A stretch of 64,000 nucleotides of DNA, taken from the NCBI GenBank assembly GCA_030674455.1, contig JAUSGQ010000007.1, forward strand, positions 19,947-83,946. The letters run 5' to 3'. Shown here piece by piece: positions 54,049 through 63,889 of this stretch. The position numbers were made by a program, and so were the translations under genes. The notes beneath the pieces are model-generated. The model worked only from the letters and a program-made list of their open reading frames with translations. It ran no database searches and was not told the origin of the DNA. Each line of letters opens with the position of its first letter. Position 1 is the first letter of the stretch. The DNA is from a bacterium. Its GTDB lineage: Bacteria; Patescibacteriota; Minisyncoccia; Phycocordibacterales; UBA2100.

Positions 54049-55329
54049 TTAGGCTCGCAAAAGAGAGAGGAACTTTTCTCTATCCAAATGCGGACCAATA
54101 ATTGCGAGGTTCAATCCTTCTGTCCGCAACAGGTCTTTAGCTACTCTGAAAACATCTGACGCTTTCACTTTGTCTATGCCCCTTGTGATGTCCTCCATCG
54201 TGCGGATTTTGCCGAGACTAATAAGAGATGTCGCGGCCTGCGCGGCCACGGCGTCGCTCGTTTCGAGCGCCATGGCAAGCGTTCCCTTGATGTGTGCTTT
54301 TGCCTTCTTAAGTTCTTCGTCCGATACCTTCACGTTCTTTATCTTGCGGAATTCCGCGAGAATAGTAGTGATGGCCTTTTCCAGCTTTCCATGCTCAACG
54401 CCGGCCTGAACCGCAAGGTAGCCGGTGTCTGGATATTTCTCAACCGATGCATGTACTGAATAGGCGAGGCCTCTCTTTTCGCGCACTTCCAAAAACAAAC
54501 GGCTCGACATGCCGCCGCCTAGTATAGTCGCTAGAACTTCCAAAACGTATTCATCCTTGTGCGCATAAGGATATGAAGGAACGCCGAGCATCAATTGAGT
54601 CTGGTCGGTTTTCTTTTCCTTAATTGCAACGCGAGGACTCACTTGCATTGACGCGAAAGGAACAAACCGCGGAGCGGGACTCTTCGCCACTTTCCCGAAT
54701 GAACGGTTTATAGCATCCAAAACTTTCTGTTCCGATATCGCGCCTGCAACGCACACCACAGTATTTTCCGGAGTGTAGTGATGCTTCAAATAATTTGCAA
54801 AATCCTTCCGCATGAACGTGCGGATGTTATCTTTCGGTCCCAAGATTGTTCGCCCCAACGGGTGGTCGCCGCCAAAAATGAGTTCATCAAACACGTTATC
54901 AATAATACGCATCGGCATGTCCTCATACATATCAATTTCTTGAATGATCGCACCGCGCTCCTTCGTAATTTCCTTGCCGGGCAATGTCGAGTTGAGGAAA
55001 ATGTCGCTGATTACATCAAGAGCCGTGTCCAAATACTTACTGCTCACTTTCGCGTAATATGCCGTCCTGTCCTTCGCGGTGAACGCGTTATAAACGCTTC
55101 CTATCGCATCCAATTCTTCGCTGATGAGCCGCGCGCTCGGGCGATTCTTCGTCCCTTTAAAAAACATGTGCTCAAGAAAGTGCGCCAGGCCGTTCTCTTC
55201 TTTTGTTTCGTAGCGCGAACCAGTACCCGCCATAACGACAACAGTCGCCGTTTTGGCATCGAGCATTGGCACGAGTACGACACGGAGTCCGTTATGCAGA
55301 GTGTGGATGTTGTACTTCATTCCGAGCAA
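54049..55329 (-). CDS. M16-family (insulinase-like) zinc peptidase
   Basis: HFLEHMFFKGT (HxxEH) motif; 426 aa. Confidence 0.85.
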   Translation of the reverse strand: MLGMKYNIHTLHNGLRVVLVPMLDAKTATVVVMAGTGSRYETKEENGLAHFLEHMFFKGTKNRPSARLISEELDAIGSVYNAFTAKDRTAYYAKVSSKYLDTALDVISDIFLNSTLPGKEITKERGAIIQEIDMYEDMPMRIIDNVFDELIFGGDHPLGRTILGPKDNIRTFMRKDFANYLKHHYTPENTVVCVAGAISEQKVLDAINRSFGKVAKSPAPRFVPFASMQVSPRVAIKEKKTDQTQLMLGVPSYPYAHKDEYVLEVLATILGGGMSSRLFLEVREKRGLAYSVHASVEKYPDTGYLAVQAGVEHGKLEKAITTILAEFRKIKNVKVSDEELKKAKAHIKGTLAMALETSDAVAAQAATSLISLGKIRTMEDITRGIDKVKASDVFRVAKDLLRTEGLNLAIIGPHLDREKFLSLLRA

Positions 55330-55557
55330 TACTATCGCCTTATCGCACCCAAAGCAATTTTGAATAATAAACTTCTTTTAATCATGACTAATAATCATGA
55401 CAAATAGAGCGAATATCGGCAGATAAAACACTCTGTACATACTTCATGCGACCGCATGATGTATGTACACATGGATTTCTACCAATATCAGAACCTGTAA
55501 CCCGAATCTCTGAGGGCACTTACATGACGAACGGATGGTGGGGTATAATCTTCACAC

Positions 55558-57534
55558 ATGGATATACACGAAATTCGGGCGAAATATCTGGAATTCTTCG
55601 AGAGGCGCGGGCATGCGCTTATTCCTTCGGCGCCTATAATTCCGGAAAATGACCCTACGACTCTCTTTACAGGAAGCGGAATGCAGCCCTTGATTCCGTA
55701 TCTTCTCGGCAAAAAGCACCCCGTGGGAGATCGGCTCGTGAATTCACAAACATGCTTTCGAGCGATGGATATCGACGAGGTAGGCGATAATCGCCACACA
55801 ACGTTTTTTGAGATGCTTGGAAATTGGTCCCTCGGAGATTACTTCAAGAGTGAACAGTTGCCGTGGCTTTTCGAATTTCTCACCGAAGAAATCGGGCTCG
55901 ACCCCAAGCGGCTTTATGTAACCGCTTTCATCGGAGACGAAAAAAACGGAATTCCTCGCGACACTGAATCAGTCGCGATTTGGAAATGGCTATTTGAAAA
56001 AAATGGGATTGATGCCAAAGAGGTCGCACTCGGCTCCGAGGCGGATGGATACAGAATCGGTATGCAAGTCGGCCCTAATCCTGCGGACGGGCAAGGACGC
56101 ATTTTTTATTACGACGCAAGCAAGAATTGGTGGAGCCGCGCCGGCACGCCGGAGGAAATGCCGGAGGGAGAGCCGGGAGGCCCCGATTCGGAAGTATTTT
56201 ACGATTTTCAGACTCCGCACGACAAGAAATTTGGCAACGAGTGCCATCCGAATTGCGAATGCGGACGTTTCCTGGAAATCGGCAACTCCGTTTTTATGCA
56301 ATACATAAAACAAGGCAATTCCTTCTCTCTATTGCCAAAACAAAACGTAGACTTCGGCGGCGGTCTCGAACGTATTGCGGCCGCTAAAAATAGTAATCCT
56401 GACGTATTCACCACAGATGTCTTTGAGAAACTAATTGAGCTTCTGGAATTTTATTCCGATGGAAAGTCGTATGACGACAGCCGATACACAGGAAGCTTCC
56501 GCATAATTGCAGACCACATGCGCGCGGCAACATTTATGATTGCCGACGGAGTTAAACCATCCAATACCGACCGCGGTTACATTTTGCGGCGGCTTATCCG
56601 CCGCGCCGCGCAACACGCGATATCGCTCGGCTGCGCTCAGGGGCAAGAGAAGGAGAACGAGCTGGTTCGATGCGCGACTCTGGTTATTGAAAAATATAAA
56701 GGGTGGTACACGAAGTTGGGTGGCGAGGAAATGTACGAAACCATCTCGCGAGAAATATGGCAGGAAGAAAAACAGTTTGCTCATGCCCTCGAGCAGGGGA
56801 CTCGCGAGTTTGAAAAGATGACTACAGGCACTATTTCCGGCGAGCAAGCGTTCATGCTTTTCACAACCTATGGCTTCCCACTCGAGATGACGCTCGAAAT
56901 GGCGCAGGAAAAAGGAAAATCTGTCGATGTAATGGCCTTTAAAGCGCTCATGGAAAAGCACAAAGACACTTCGCGCGCAGGTTCGGGGCAGAAATTCAAA
57001 GGAGGTCTTGCCGATACTTCAGTCGCAACAACCCGCCTGCATACAGCGCACCACCTTTTGTTGAAAGCTCTCCAAATAGTTCTGGGGCCGCAGGTGAAGC
57101 AGAGGGGAAGCAACATCACGAGCGAGCGCCTGCGAATAGATTTCTCTCACGGCGAGAAAATGAAGCCGGAGCAAATTGCGGAAGTTGTAAGAATCGTGAA
57201 TGAGAAAATCAAAGAGGCGTTACCTGTCATAAACTCGACGCTTCCAAAGAGAGAAGCGGAAAAACTCGGAGCACAGCAAGAGTTCGGCGCGAAATATCCC
57301 GACATGGTTTCCGTATATTCCGTGGGGCCAGAAGGAGCGACAAAAGATAACCCGCAATTTGAAAAAACATTTTCAATAGAATTCTGCGGCGGCCCTCACG
57401 TCGAGAATACCGGCGACCTAGCCGGTATTCGAGATCCTGACGGCAGTCGCCGGAAGGATGTATTCAAAATCCTGAAGGAAGAAGCGGTGGCATCAGGAAT
57501 AAGACGCATCAAGGCGGTATTGGTAAGGGATTGA
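55558..57534 (+). CDS. alaS: alanyl-tRNA synthetase, short form (catalytic + editing domains, no C-Ala domain)
   Basis: Class II AlaRS N-terminal motifs and the editing HxxxH (TAHHLL) motif. At 658 aa it is shorter than the ~870 aa of typical bacteria. Confidence 0.9.
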   Translation: MDIHEIRAKYLEFFERRGHALIPSAPIIPENDPTTLFTGSGMQPLIPYLLGKKHPVGDRLVNSQTCFRAMDIDEVGDNRHTTFFEMLGNWSLGDYFKSEQLPWLFEFLTEEIGLDPKRLYVTAFIGDEKNGIPRDTESVAIWKWLFEKNGIDAKEVALGSEADGYRIGMQVGPNPADGQGRIFYYDASKNWWSRAGTPEEMPEGEPGGPDSEVFYDFQTPHDKKFGNECHPNCECGRFLEIGNSVFMQYIKQGNSFSLLPKQNVDFGGGLERIAAAKNSNPDVFTTDVFEKLIELLEFYSDGKSYDDSRYTGSFRIIADHMRAATFMIADGVKPSNTDRGYILRRLIRRAAQHAISLGCAQGQEKENELVRCATLVIEKYKGWYTKLGGEEMYETISREIWQEEKQFAHALEQGTREFEKMTTGTISGEQAFMLFTTYGFPLEMTLEMAQEKGKSVDVMAFKALMEKHKDTSRAGSGQKFKGGLADTSVATTRLHTAHHLLLKALQIVLGPQVKQRGSNITSERLRIDFSHGEKMKPEQIAEVVRIVNEKIKEALPVINSTLPKREAEKLGAQQEFGAKYPDMVSVYSVGPEGATKDNPQFEKTFSIEFCGGPHVENTGDLAGIRDPDGSRRKDVFKILKEEAVASGIRRIKAVLVRD

Positions 57535-57615
57535 CATAGGACTTAATACGTGCTATCGTTTAGATACTCGGTGTTTGAGACCGGGCTCGTTTTTCAATTC
57601 TTCAAGGGGAAGCAA

Positions 57616-58395
57616 ATGAACAAACGCGATTCGATCTTTGCAACATTTGTCCTGCTCATCGCACTATTCGGATGTGCAGAACAGGAAAACATAAACCTCG
57701 TAGACGGCGTTGCACCAGTTTCCACAGCGTTTGTCGATATTGAGCCGACGCTTCGTGAAATGGCAGCAATGGCCCCGGCCGAGCGCGCTTCATACCTCGC
57801 CCGGGTCCGGCCGCGCCTTGCACTTGACGTGGTTCAGTACCTGCGTAATCAAAGGAAGATCACACGGGATCAGAAAGTGAACAATGTGACTTTCTTTTTC
57901 GGTTCGCTGAAAGAAGTGAGCGCAGAAAGTCATGGCGGTGGCAGACACCAAGGCTACTTCAATGACCAGCTCGTGGCCAGGGTCGAGGTGGCAGGAGCTG
58001 CGCCCATTGAGGTTATCGTTAAATGCCTCAACGGCCTTTTCATGACAATCAATCGCCTGAATTCACTGCAGACGGTCGGTAACTACCCGATTCTCGAACG
58101 CTTCAAAATCGGGCGTCACGAAGGGCTGGTGCACCATGTTAGTTACCAGCTCGCAATGGACATTGCCCAACGTTTTAACTTGCCATTGTATCGCGGTCGC
58201 GGCAAGGGGGAGATGCGCATCACCCCTGACCAAGCTCGTGTACTTGAAAGCGAGACAGACCGTGTTCGGGTCAGGGTTCATGTGGTCGAGGGCGATCGGT
58301 TCGACCTCGTCAACATGACGTTTACACCGTCACCGCTCCGAGGAGTGACCAGAGGTGCTGTTCTCGACTTGAAGACCGGCACGTTCAAGCGGTAG
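57616..58395 (+). CDS. putative lipoprotein (lipobox LFGC)
   Basis: Signal peptide with a lipobox Cys. The track ORF starts at 57550. Confidence 0.45.
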   Translation: MNKRDSIFATFVLLIALFGCAEQENINLVDGVAPVSTAFVDIEPTLREMAAMAPAERASYLARVRPRLALDVVQYLRNQRKITRDQKVNNVTFFFGSLKEVSAESHGGGRHQGYFNDQLVARVEVAGAAPIEVIVKCLNGLFMTINRLNSLQTVGNYPILERFKIGRHEGLVHHVSYQLAMDIAQRFNLPLYRGRGKGEMRITPDQARVLESETDRVRVRVHVVEGDRFDLVNMTFTPSPLRGVTRGAVLDLKTGTFKR

Positions 58396-58443
58396 CCGGG
58401 TCGAGGAAGTAAAATACCCGTAGTTGCAGTTGCATCACGGAAG

Positions 58444-58493
58444 AAGGCGGCCAATGGTACGAACCGTACTGAATTGTGGTCGCCTTTTTTCTT
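58444..58493 (+). terminator. rho-independent terminator (GGCGGCCA...TGGTCGCC plus T6)
   Basis: Stem with a nested hairpin and a T-run. Confidence 0.65.
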
Positions 58494-58562
58494 ACATAAT
58501 TTTTACACTACTTACTACTAACTACCGACTACTAACTATTTTCTGCGTTATAATGTTAGCTA

Positions 58563-59726
58563 ATGTCCTTGTCATTTGCACATAAGCGCGAAAGGGTCAT
58601 CGCAGTCGCCGATATTGCGAGCGACAGCGCGGGCGCTTGCATTGCGCTCGTGCGCGACGACGCGCCTGCTTCAATTATTTGCGCGGAACGTTCATCGCTC
58701 ACATACGACGAGAAATCACCGGAGCAAGCAATAACCAGCATCCTTTCTCTTCTTGAAGACGCGAGCGCAAAGGTGATGCGCATATATTCAAAGTTACCGA
58801 ATGCAGATAAGCGGCCGATTTCTTCCGTACACGCGATAATTCATACGCCTCTCGTAACTTCGCAAACTGAGCGAGCTGATACTTCATTCAAAACAGAAGA
58901 ACTCATAACGCACAATGTTATCGGGAATCTGGCGAGAACGGCTCTCACAGGCCAGAAAGACTTGGACAAGGCGCGATTATTTGAAGCCGGCGTTGCAAGC
59001 ATAGAGCTGAACGGTTACCGGACGGGGCGTCCGGTCGGCAGGCGCGCCCACAATGTTTCCGTCGCGGCACTCATCTCGCAATGCGAGCCGGAACTTCGCG
59101 CCAAAATCGTCGACACATTGCGAAAGGGATTCGGCGTGCAAAATCCGGTGCTTCACAGCGACACGCGCGCGATTCTACTCGGCACGCATGCCAACTCAAT
59201 TCGCACGAACATCCACTTTACGATTGACGTCTCCGGCTACTCAACGAATTGCGTGGTCATTCACAAGGATGCCGCCGCAGAGCATCTTGTCGTCCCCGAA
59301 GGAGTGCGGACAATTTTGAAACGCATCGCCGGGAAGGGACTGGCAGAAGAGAAACTTTCTCTGATGAAGATGGTGTCGCGCGATTCGTGCACCACAACAG
59401 CCTGCGAGGAACTCAATGCCACACTCGCGCGCGTCGAACCGGAGCTTGTGAAGATTTTTGGCGAAGCCTTCAGTAAACTCATTTCCGAGCGCCGCATGCC
59501 CAACGACCTCGTGCTTATAGTCGCTCCGGATTTCGCGCCATGGATGAGCAATTTCTTTTCCCGTATTGATTTCGGGCAATTTACGGTCACCGCGAGACAA
59601 TTTTCAGTCCACGCCCTCACACCCGAGGCCATGCGCGATTCCGTCTCGGGCAATTTAGGGCCAAAGGTTGACGCCTGGCTCTCGCTAGGCACCGCACTTG
59701 CCAGCGCAGATGAGAAATCCACATAA
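58563..59726 (+). CDS. hypothetical protein, possibly an actin-like (ASKHA) ATPase
   Basis: N-terminal IAVADIASDSAG and later IDVSGYSTNCVV resemble the phosphate-1 and phosphate-2 motifs. The similarity is weak. Confidence 0.3.
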   Translation: MSLSFAHKRERVIAVADIASDSAGACIALVRDDAPASIICAERSSLTYDEKSPEQAITSILSLLEDASAKVMRIYSKLPNADKRPISSVHAIIHTPLVTSQTERADTSFKTEELITHNVIGNLARTALTGQKDLDKARLFEAGVASIELNGYRTGRPVGRRAHNVSVAALISQCEPELRAKIVDTLRKGFGVQNPVLHSDTRAILLGTHANSIRTNIHFTIDVSGYSTNCVVIHKDAAAEHLVVPEGVRTILKRIAGKGLAEEKLSLMKMVSRDSCTTTACEELNATLARVEPELVKIFGEAFSKLISERRMPNDLVLIVAPDFAPWMSNFFSRIDFGQFTVTARQFSVHALTPEAMRDSVSGNLGPKVDAWLSLGTALASADEKST

Positions 59727-59866
59727 AAGAGTATCTTGTATACTGTATGCTGTATTCAGTATGATAGAATCATCGTTATACACTTTAGTTGCGAGAGGGA
59801 GTTGTGTATTTATGAGTTATACTAAATACTAATACGGAATACTGTATACCGTATACTAATTTTGAT

Positions 59867-61249
59867 ATGGCTAAAGACTATTTCCAGGACATTCTGCAAC
59901 CGGATGATGGTAAACCAGCAAGTTCCTTTGTTACTGGCAAGAATCTGCGCGACGCAGGTCAGGAATCACAAGGTGCAGGCGAGCGCTCAATAAGAAACAT
60001 CACGGTCACACGCGCTTCGCGCCCTCGTGGAATGTCCAGCGATGTGAGAGATTCTGTCTCCGAGCCGCAGCCGCCATACGAAAGGTCTAGTTTGGGAGGC
60101 CAGCGGCGCGTTTGGATTTGGGTAGTTGCGGCGATTTCGGTCGTCGTTCTGGGTGTACTTGCGATTTTTGCATTCCGCAGCACGGCGATAACGGTAACGC
60201 AGAGGTCACGTCCGATAATCTTCGACCAGTCCGTGCATTTCGTTGCTAACGCGACCGCAGATGACCCTACTGCACTTACATACACAGTCGTCACCAACGA
60301 ACTTGAAGACACTGCCGTAGTTCCGTCAAACGGAACAGAGCGCGTGGAAGAAAAGGCAAGCGGAACGATACAAGTTTTCAATTCATATTCCGCAGCTCCC
60401 GTACGTCTTATAAAAAACACGAGATTCTCGACACCTGACGGTTTGATTTTCAGAGTTCCCGCAACTGTCGTGATTCCGGGAAAGAAGGGGACTACGCCCG
60501 GCTCCGTGGAGGTTACCGTTTCTGCCGATCAGGCGGGCGAGAAGTACAAAGTCGGTCCGATTGATAAATTTACTCTGCCCGGCCTAAAGACAAGTCCGGA
60601 AATGTACAAAGGAGTATACGGGCGTTCCACTGCGGCATTTACCGGAGGCTTCATCGGCGACAGGCCAGCCATGGAGGCAGGCGCGCTTGATGCTGCAAAA
60701 GCCGAGGTTCGTGGCCGCTTGGAAACTAAGGCGCGCGACGGCGCACGCGCACTCGGGAATGATACATCGACAGTCTTTCCGGATCTGATACGCATCACCT
60801 ACGAATCACTGCCGCCGACGGCAGAAGCTGGCGGAGGTTCTCGCATCCACGAAAAAGCCAGAGTTGAAATCCCTGTACTGCCTGCGCAAGCATTCGCGAA
60901 AACTGTCGTGGAGGGAGTCGGCGAGAATACGGAGGGCACAAGCTTTACGATTCAAGGCTTGGATAATCTGACCGCAAGAGGCGGTGCGACAATTTCTAAT
61001 GTAGCACTTGGCAAAGACGCGATTGATTTCACGCTCTCGGGCAATGCGGTACTCGTTTGGAATGTCGATTCTGCAGCACTCGCGGCGGCTCTCGCCGGAC
61101 GAGATGAAAGTGCATTTCAGGGCATAATAACTGGCTTTCCTAGCATTCAGGAAGCTCGCGCCAGAATCGAACCTTTTTGGAAGAGCACATTCCCTGCATC
61201 GGCTTCCGACATCAAAGTTGAGTTCGCGCCGCTTCAATCGTCGCAATAG
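59867..61249 (+). CDS. membrane-anchored hypothetical protein (single TM near residue 90, large extracytoplasmic domain)
   Basis: 460-aa ORF with one hydrophobic segment. Confidence 0.4.
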   Translation: MAKDYFQDILQPDDGKPASSFVTGKNLRDAGQESQGAGERSIRNITVTRASRPRGMSSDVRDSVSEPQPPYERSSLGGQRRVWIWVVAAISVVVLGVLAIFAFRSTAITVTQRSRPIIFDQSVHFVANATADDPTALTYTVVTNELEDTAVVPSNGTERVEEKASGTIQVFNSYSAAPVRLIKNTRFSTPDGLIFRVPATVVIPGKKGTTPGSVEVTVSADQAGEKYKVGPIDKFTLPGLKTSPEMYKGVYGRSTAAFTGGFIGDRPAMEAGALDAAKAEVRGRLETKARDGARALGNDTSTVFPDLIRITYESLPPTAEAGGGSRIHEKARVEIPVLPAQAFAKTVVEGVGENTEGTSFTIQGLDNLTARGGATISNVALGKDAIDFTLSGNAVLVWNVDSAALAAALAGRDESAFQGIITGFPSIQEARARIEPFWKSTFPASASDIKVEFAPLQSSQ

Positions 61250-61446
61250 TTTCTTCTCTCGATGCTTTTCCCGTCTTTCACTCCTCATAATGCGGCTTCG
61301 GGGTTGACTCGCCGGCAATTAACTGATATTGTCCCCTGCGCAGATATGTCCGTACACACGAATTACCGCAATCAATTTGTTGCAGTGATTTCGAGAGTAC
61401 TTCTGTCGGCCGGAATGTCATCGCGCTTTTCTTTCGTGTGATGAAT

Positions 61447-61653
61447 ATGGCCGAACAAGAATCTGTGGAAGGAGTTGTTGAGGAAGCTCTTCCGAATACG
61501 CTTTTTCGAGTGAGAATGCCGTCGGGAGAATTAGTAATCGCGTATCTGGCCGGCAAGATGCGCCTGCACAGGATAAAAGTCCTTGTGGGAGATAAGGTTT
61601 CCGTGCATCTCGACCCATACGGAGGTCGCGCGCGAATTATAAGGAGGGTTTAG
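61447..61653 (+). CDS. infA: translation initiation factor IF-1
   Basis: S1-like domain (GVVEEALPNTLFRVRM...). Confidence 0.9.
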   Translation: MAEQESVEGVVEEALPNTLFRVRMPSGELVIAYLAGKMRLHRIKVLVGDKVSVHLDPYGGRARIIRRV

Positions 61654-61749
61654 TTCCAATCTGCAAATGAATTCCAATCTACAAATAACTACAAATGAGA
61701 AAGCGGATATTCGTAGCCATTTGTAGTATTCGTATCATTCGTATATTGG
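61654..61749. repeat. composite GTAG-palindromic repeat, copy R6, between infA and rpmJ
   Basis: Same family. It starts immediately after the infA stop. Confidence 0.85.
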
Positions 61750-61758
61750 TACATATTT

Positions 61759-61872
61759 ATGAAGGTAAAAGCATCAGTTAAAAAGATATGCATGCATTGC
61801 AAACATGTAAAGCGCCACGGGCGTCTTTTGGTTATCTGCTCCAACCCGCGGCATAAACAGAGGCAGGGATAA
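61759..61872 (+). CDS. rpmJ: 50S ribosomal protein L36
   Basis: [37 protein letters not shown]. It is not in the ORF track because it is under 60 aa. Confidence 0.9.
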   Translation: MKVKASVKKICMHCKHVKRHGRLLVICSNPRHKQRQG

Positions 61873-62032
61873 GCACGAAATCCGAAACTCGAAATCCGAA
61901 AAAACACAAAATATGAAAAATATAAAAAAGATTCCAGAAATACAGCGAGGTGGCTTGAGTTTTGGATTTAGAATTTATAATTTTGCCTATTTTTCGGATT
62001 TCGTGCTTCGTGCTTCGAATTTCTAAATTATT

Positions 62033-62416
62033 ATGTTGCGTATCTCAGGAGTAACCGTGCCGGAAAATAAGCGCCTCGAAATAGCGCTCACATCTATATA
62101 TGGTGTCGGCCGTTCTCGTGCGCTTTCCGTTCTTTCGCAACTCGGCATAGACGCTGGCAAGCGCGCATCTCAACTATCTGCTACTGACGAAAACAAGCTG
62201 CGCGTGTCTATCGAAAAGTTTGCCGTGGAGGGCGAGCTCAAGCGCCAGATAAGCAGCCACATCAGGCGCCTCAAAGACATTAAATCGTATCGAGGGTCCC
62301 GGCACGCAAAGCATCTGCCGGCGCGCGGCCAGAGAACAAAAACCAATTCTCGCACCACCCGCGGCAATGTTCGCAAGACAATGACATCCGGCAAGCGCAA
62401 ACTCGAAAAGACATAG
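62033..62416 (+). CDS. rpsM: 30S ribosomal protein S13
   Basis: RISGVTVPENKRLEIALTSIYGVG. Confidence 0.95.
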   Translation: MLRISGVTVPENKRLEIALTSIYGVGRSRALSVLSQLGIDAGKRASQLSATDENKLRVSIEKFAVEGELKRQISSHIRRLKDIKSYRGSRHAKHLPARGQRTKTNSRTTRGNVRKTMTSGKRKLEKT

Positions 62417-62561
62417 TCTTTTCTAGAAAGTAGCAAGTATCAAGTATCATGTATCAAACAATATCCAAGCATCAAATCAATAAATCAAAAACTTTCACTT
62501 ATCACTTAATTACTGATACTTATTTGATACTTGCTAATTGAGACTTGATACTTAATGTAAT

Positions 62562-62996
62562 ATGGGAAAAAAACGTATAATCAGAAAATCAGGAGGCAGC
62601 GTGGATGCGGGTCTAAAATCGCGCTCGCTTGCTCGGGTAGCCAAGAAGAACCTCGTATCGGGCATTCTCAATATTCACGCGACATACAACAACACCAAGA
62701 TACTTCTTGCCGACAAGGATGGAAACACTGTTGCGTGGTCATCCTCCGGCGCTCTTGGATTCTCCGGCGCAAAGAAAGGCACTCCTTTTGCAGCCGCCAA
62801 GGTGGGTGAAATAGTCGGCGACAAAGCGAATATAATCGGCATTAAAGAAGTTGATGTGGTTATCCGCGGCGTCGGCGCTGGGCGCGAATCCGCACTGCGC
62901 GCATTCGCGGGAAAGGGAATTGACGTATTACGCATTTCAGACGATACACCGATTCCTCACAACGGCCCGCGCCCGCCGAAGCCGAGGAGAATTTAA
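62562..62996 (+). CDS. rpsK: 30S ribosomal protein S11
   Basis: IHATYNNT...SSSGALGFSGAKKGTPFAA. Confidence 0.95.
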   Translation: MGKKRIIRKSGGSVDAGLKSRSLARVAKKNLVSGILNIHATYNNTKILLADKDGNTVAWSSSGALGFSGAKKGTPFAAAKVGEIVGDKANIIGIKEVDVVIRGVGAGRESALRAFAGKGIDVLRISDDTPIPHNGPRPPKPRRI

Positions 62997-63175
62997 TAGA
63001 AAAATAATGAGTTTACGAATATATTTTTCATTACCCAGCACCTTTAACATCAAATTATTTATTGAATATGAGTCACAAAACAGATACTATCCTGCAGTTC
63101 AGCGACCGATATCACGTGAAAGGTGCTGGGTGTAAGATTTACTAAACTCGTTATCACTCGTTAAGAAAATCTAAC

Positions 63176-63793
63176 ATGCTTCAAATTAAATCAAAATACA
63201 AAATTGCCAAACGCCTCGGTGCCGGAATTTTCGAGCAGACGCAAACTCAAAAGTTCGCACTTTCAGAGGCGCGCTCAAAAGCGACCAAAACTCCTCGCGG
63301 AAGACGCGGCGGTTCCGATTACGGACGACAGCTTTTGGAAAAACAACGCCTTCGATTTACATACGGACTTTCAGAGCGCCAGCTATCCAACTATGCGGAA
63401 GAAGCGTTTTCACAGCCGAATCCGCCGGCTGCTCTTCACAAAGCTCTTGAAATGCGCGCCGATAATGCCGCCTATCGCGCAGGAATAGCTACAACCAGGA
63501 GAGCCGCGCGTCAAATCGTTTCCCACGGCCACATAACGGTCAACGGAAAACGAATAACGATACCTTCGTACAAGGTTCACAAGGGAGATGTCATCGCGGT
63601 ACGCGAGGGAAGCCGCACGAGTTCGCTCTTTACCAGATTAACTGACCCGGAGGAGGCATCTAAAGGAACAAAGTCTGCATGGATAGTGCTTGATGCGCCG
63701 CTTATGAAGGCGGAGGTGGTGGAAGAGCCGACCTACACGCCAGCGGAGAGCGGAATTGACTATTCGACAGTGTTTGAGTTTTATAGCAGATAG
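63176..63793 (+). CDS. rpsD: 30S ribosomal protein S4
   Basis: S4 N-terminal and S4 RNA-binding domains. Confidence 0.9.
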   Translation: MLQIKSKYKIAKRLGAGIFEQTQTQKFALSEARSKATKTPRGRRGGSDYGRQLLEKQRLRFTYGLSERQLSNYAEEAFSQPNPPAALHKALEMRADNAAYRAGIATTRRAARQIVSHGHITVNGKRITIPSYKVHKGDVIAVREGSRTSSLFTRLTDPEEASKGTKSAWIVLDAPLMKAEVVEEPTYTPAESGIDYSTVFEFYSR

Positions 63794-63889
63794 TGTTATA
63801 ATTGCACCCGTTTTTTGTCACATCGGCTCTATTTATTAATTTTAGTATTATTTATTTAGCGTTTATTAATTAGATTTTTCGTATTTGAT

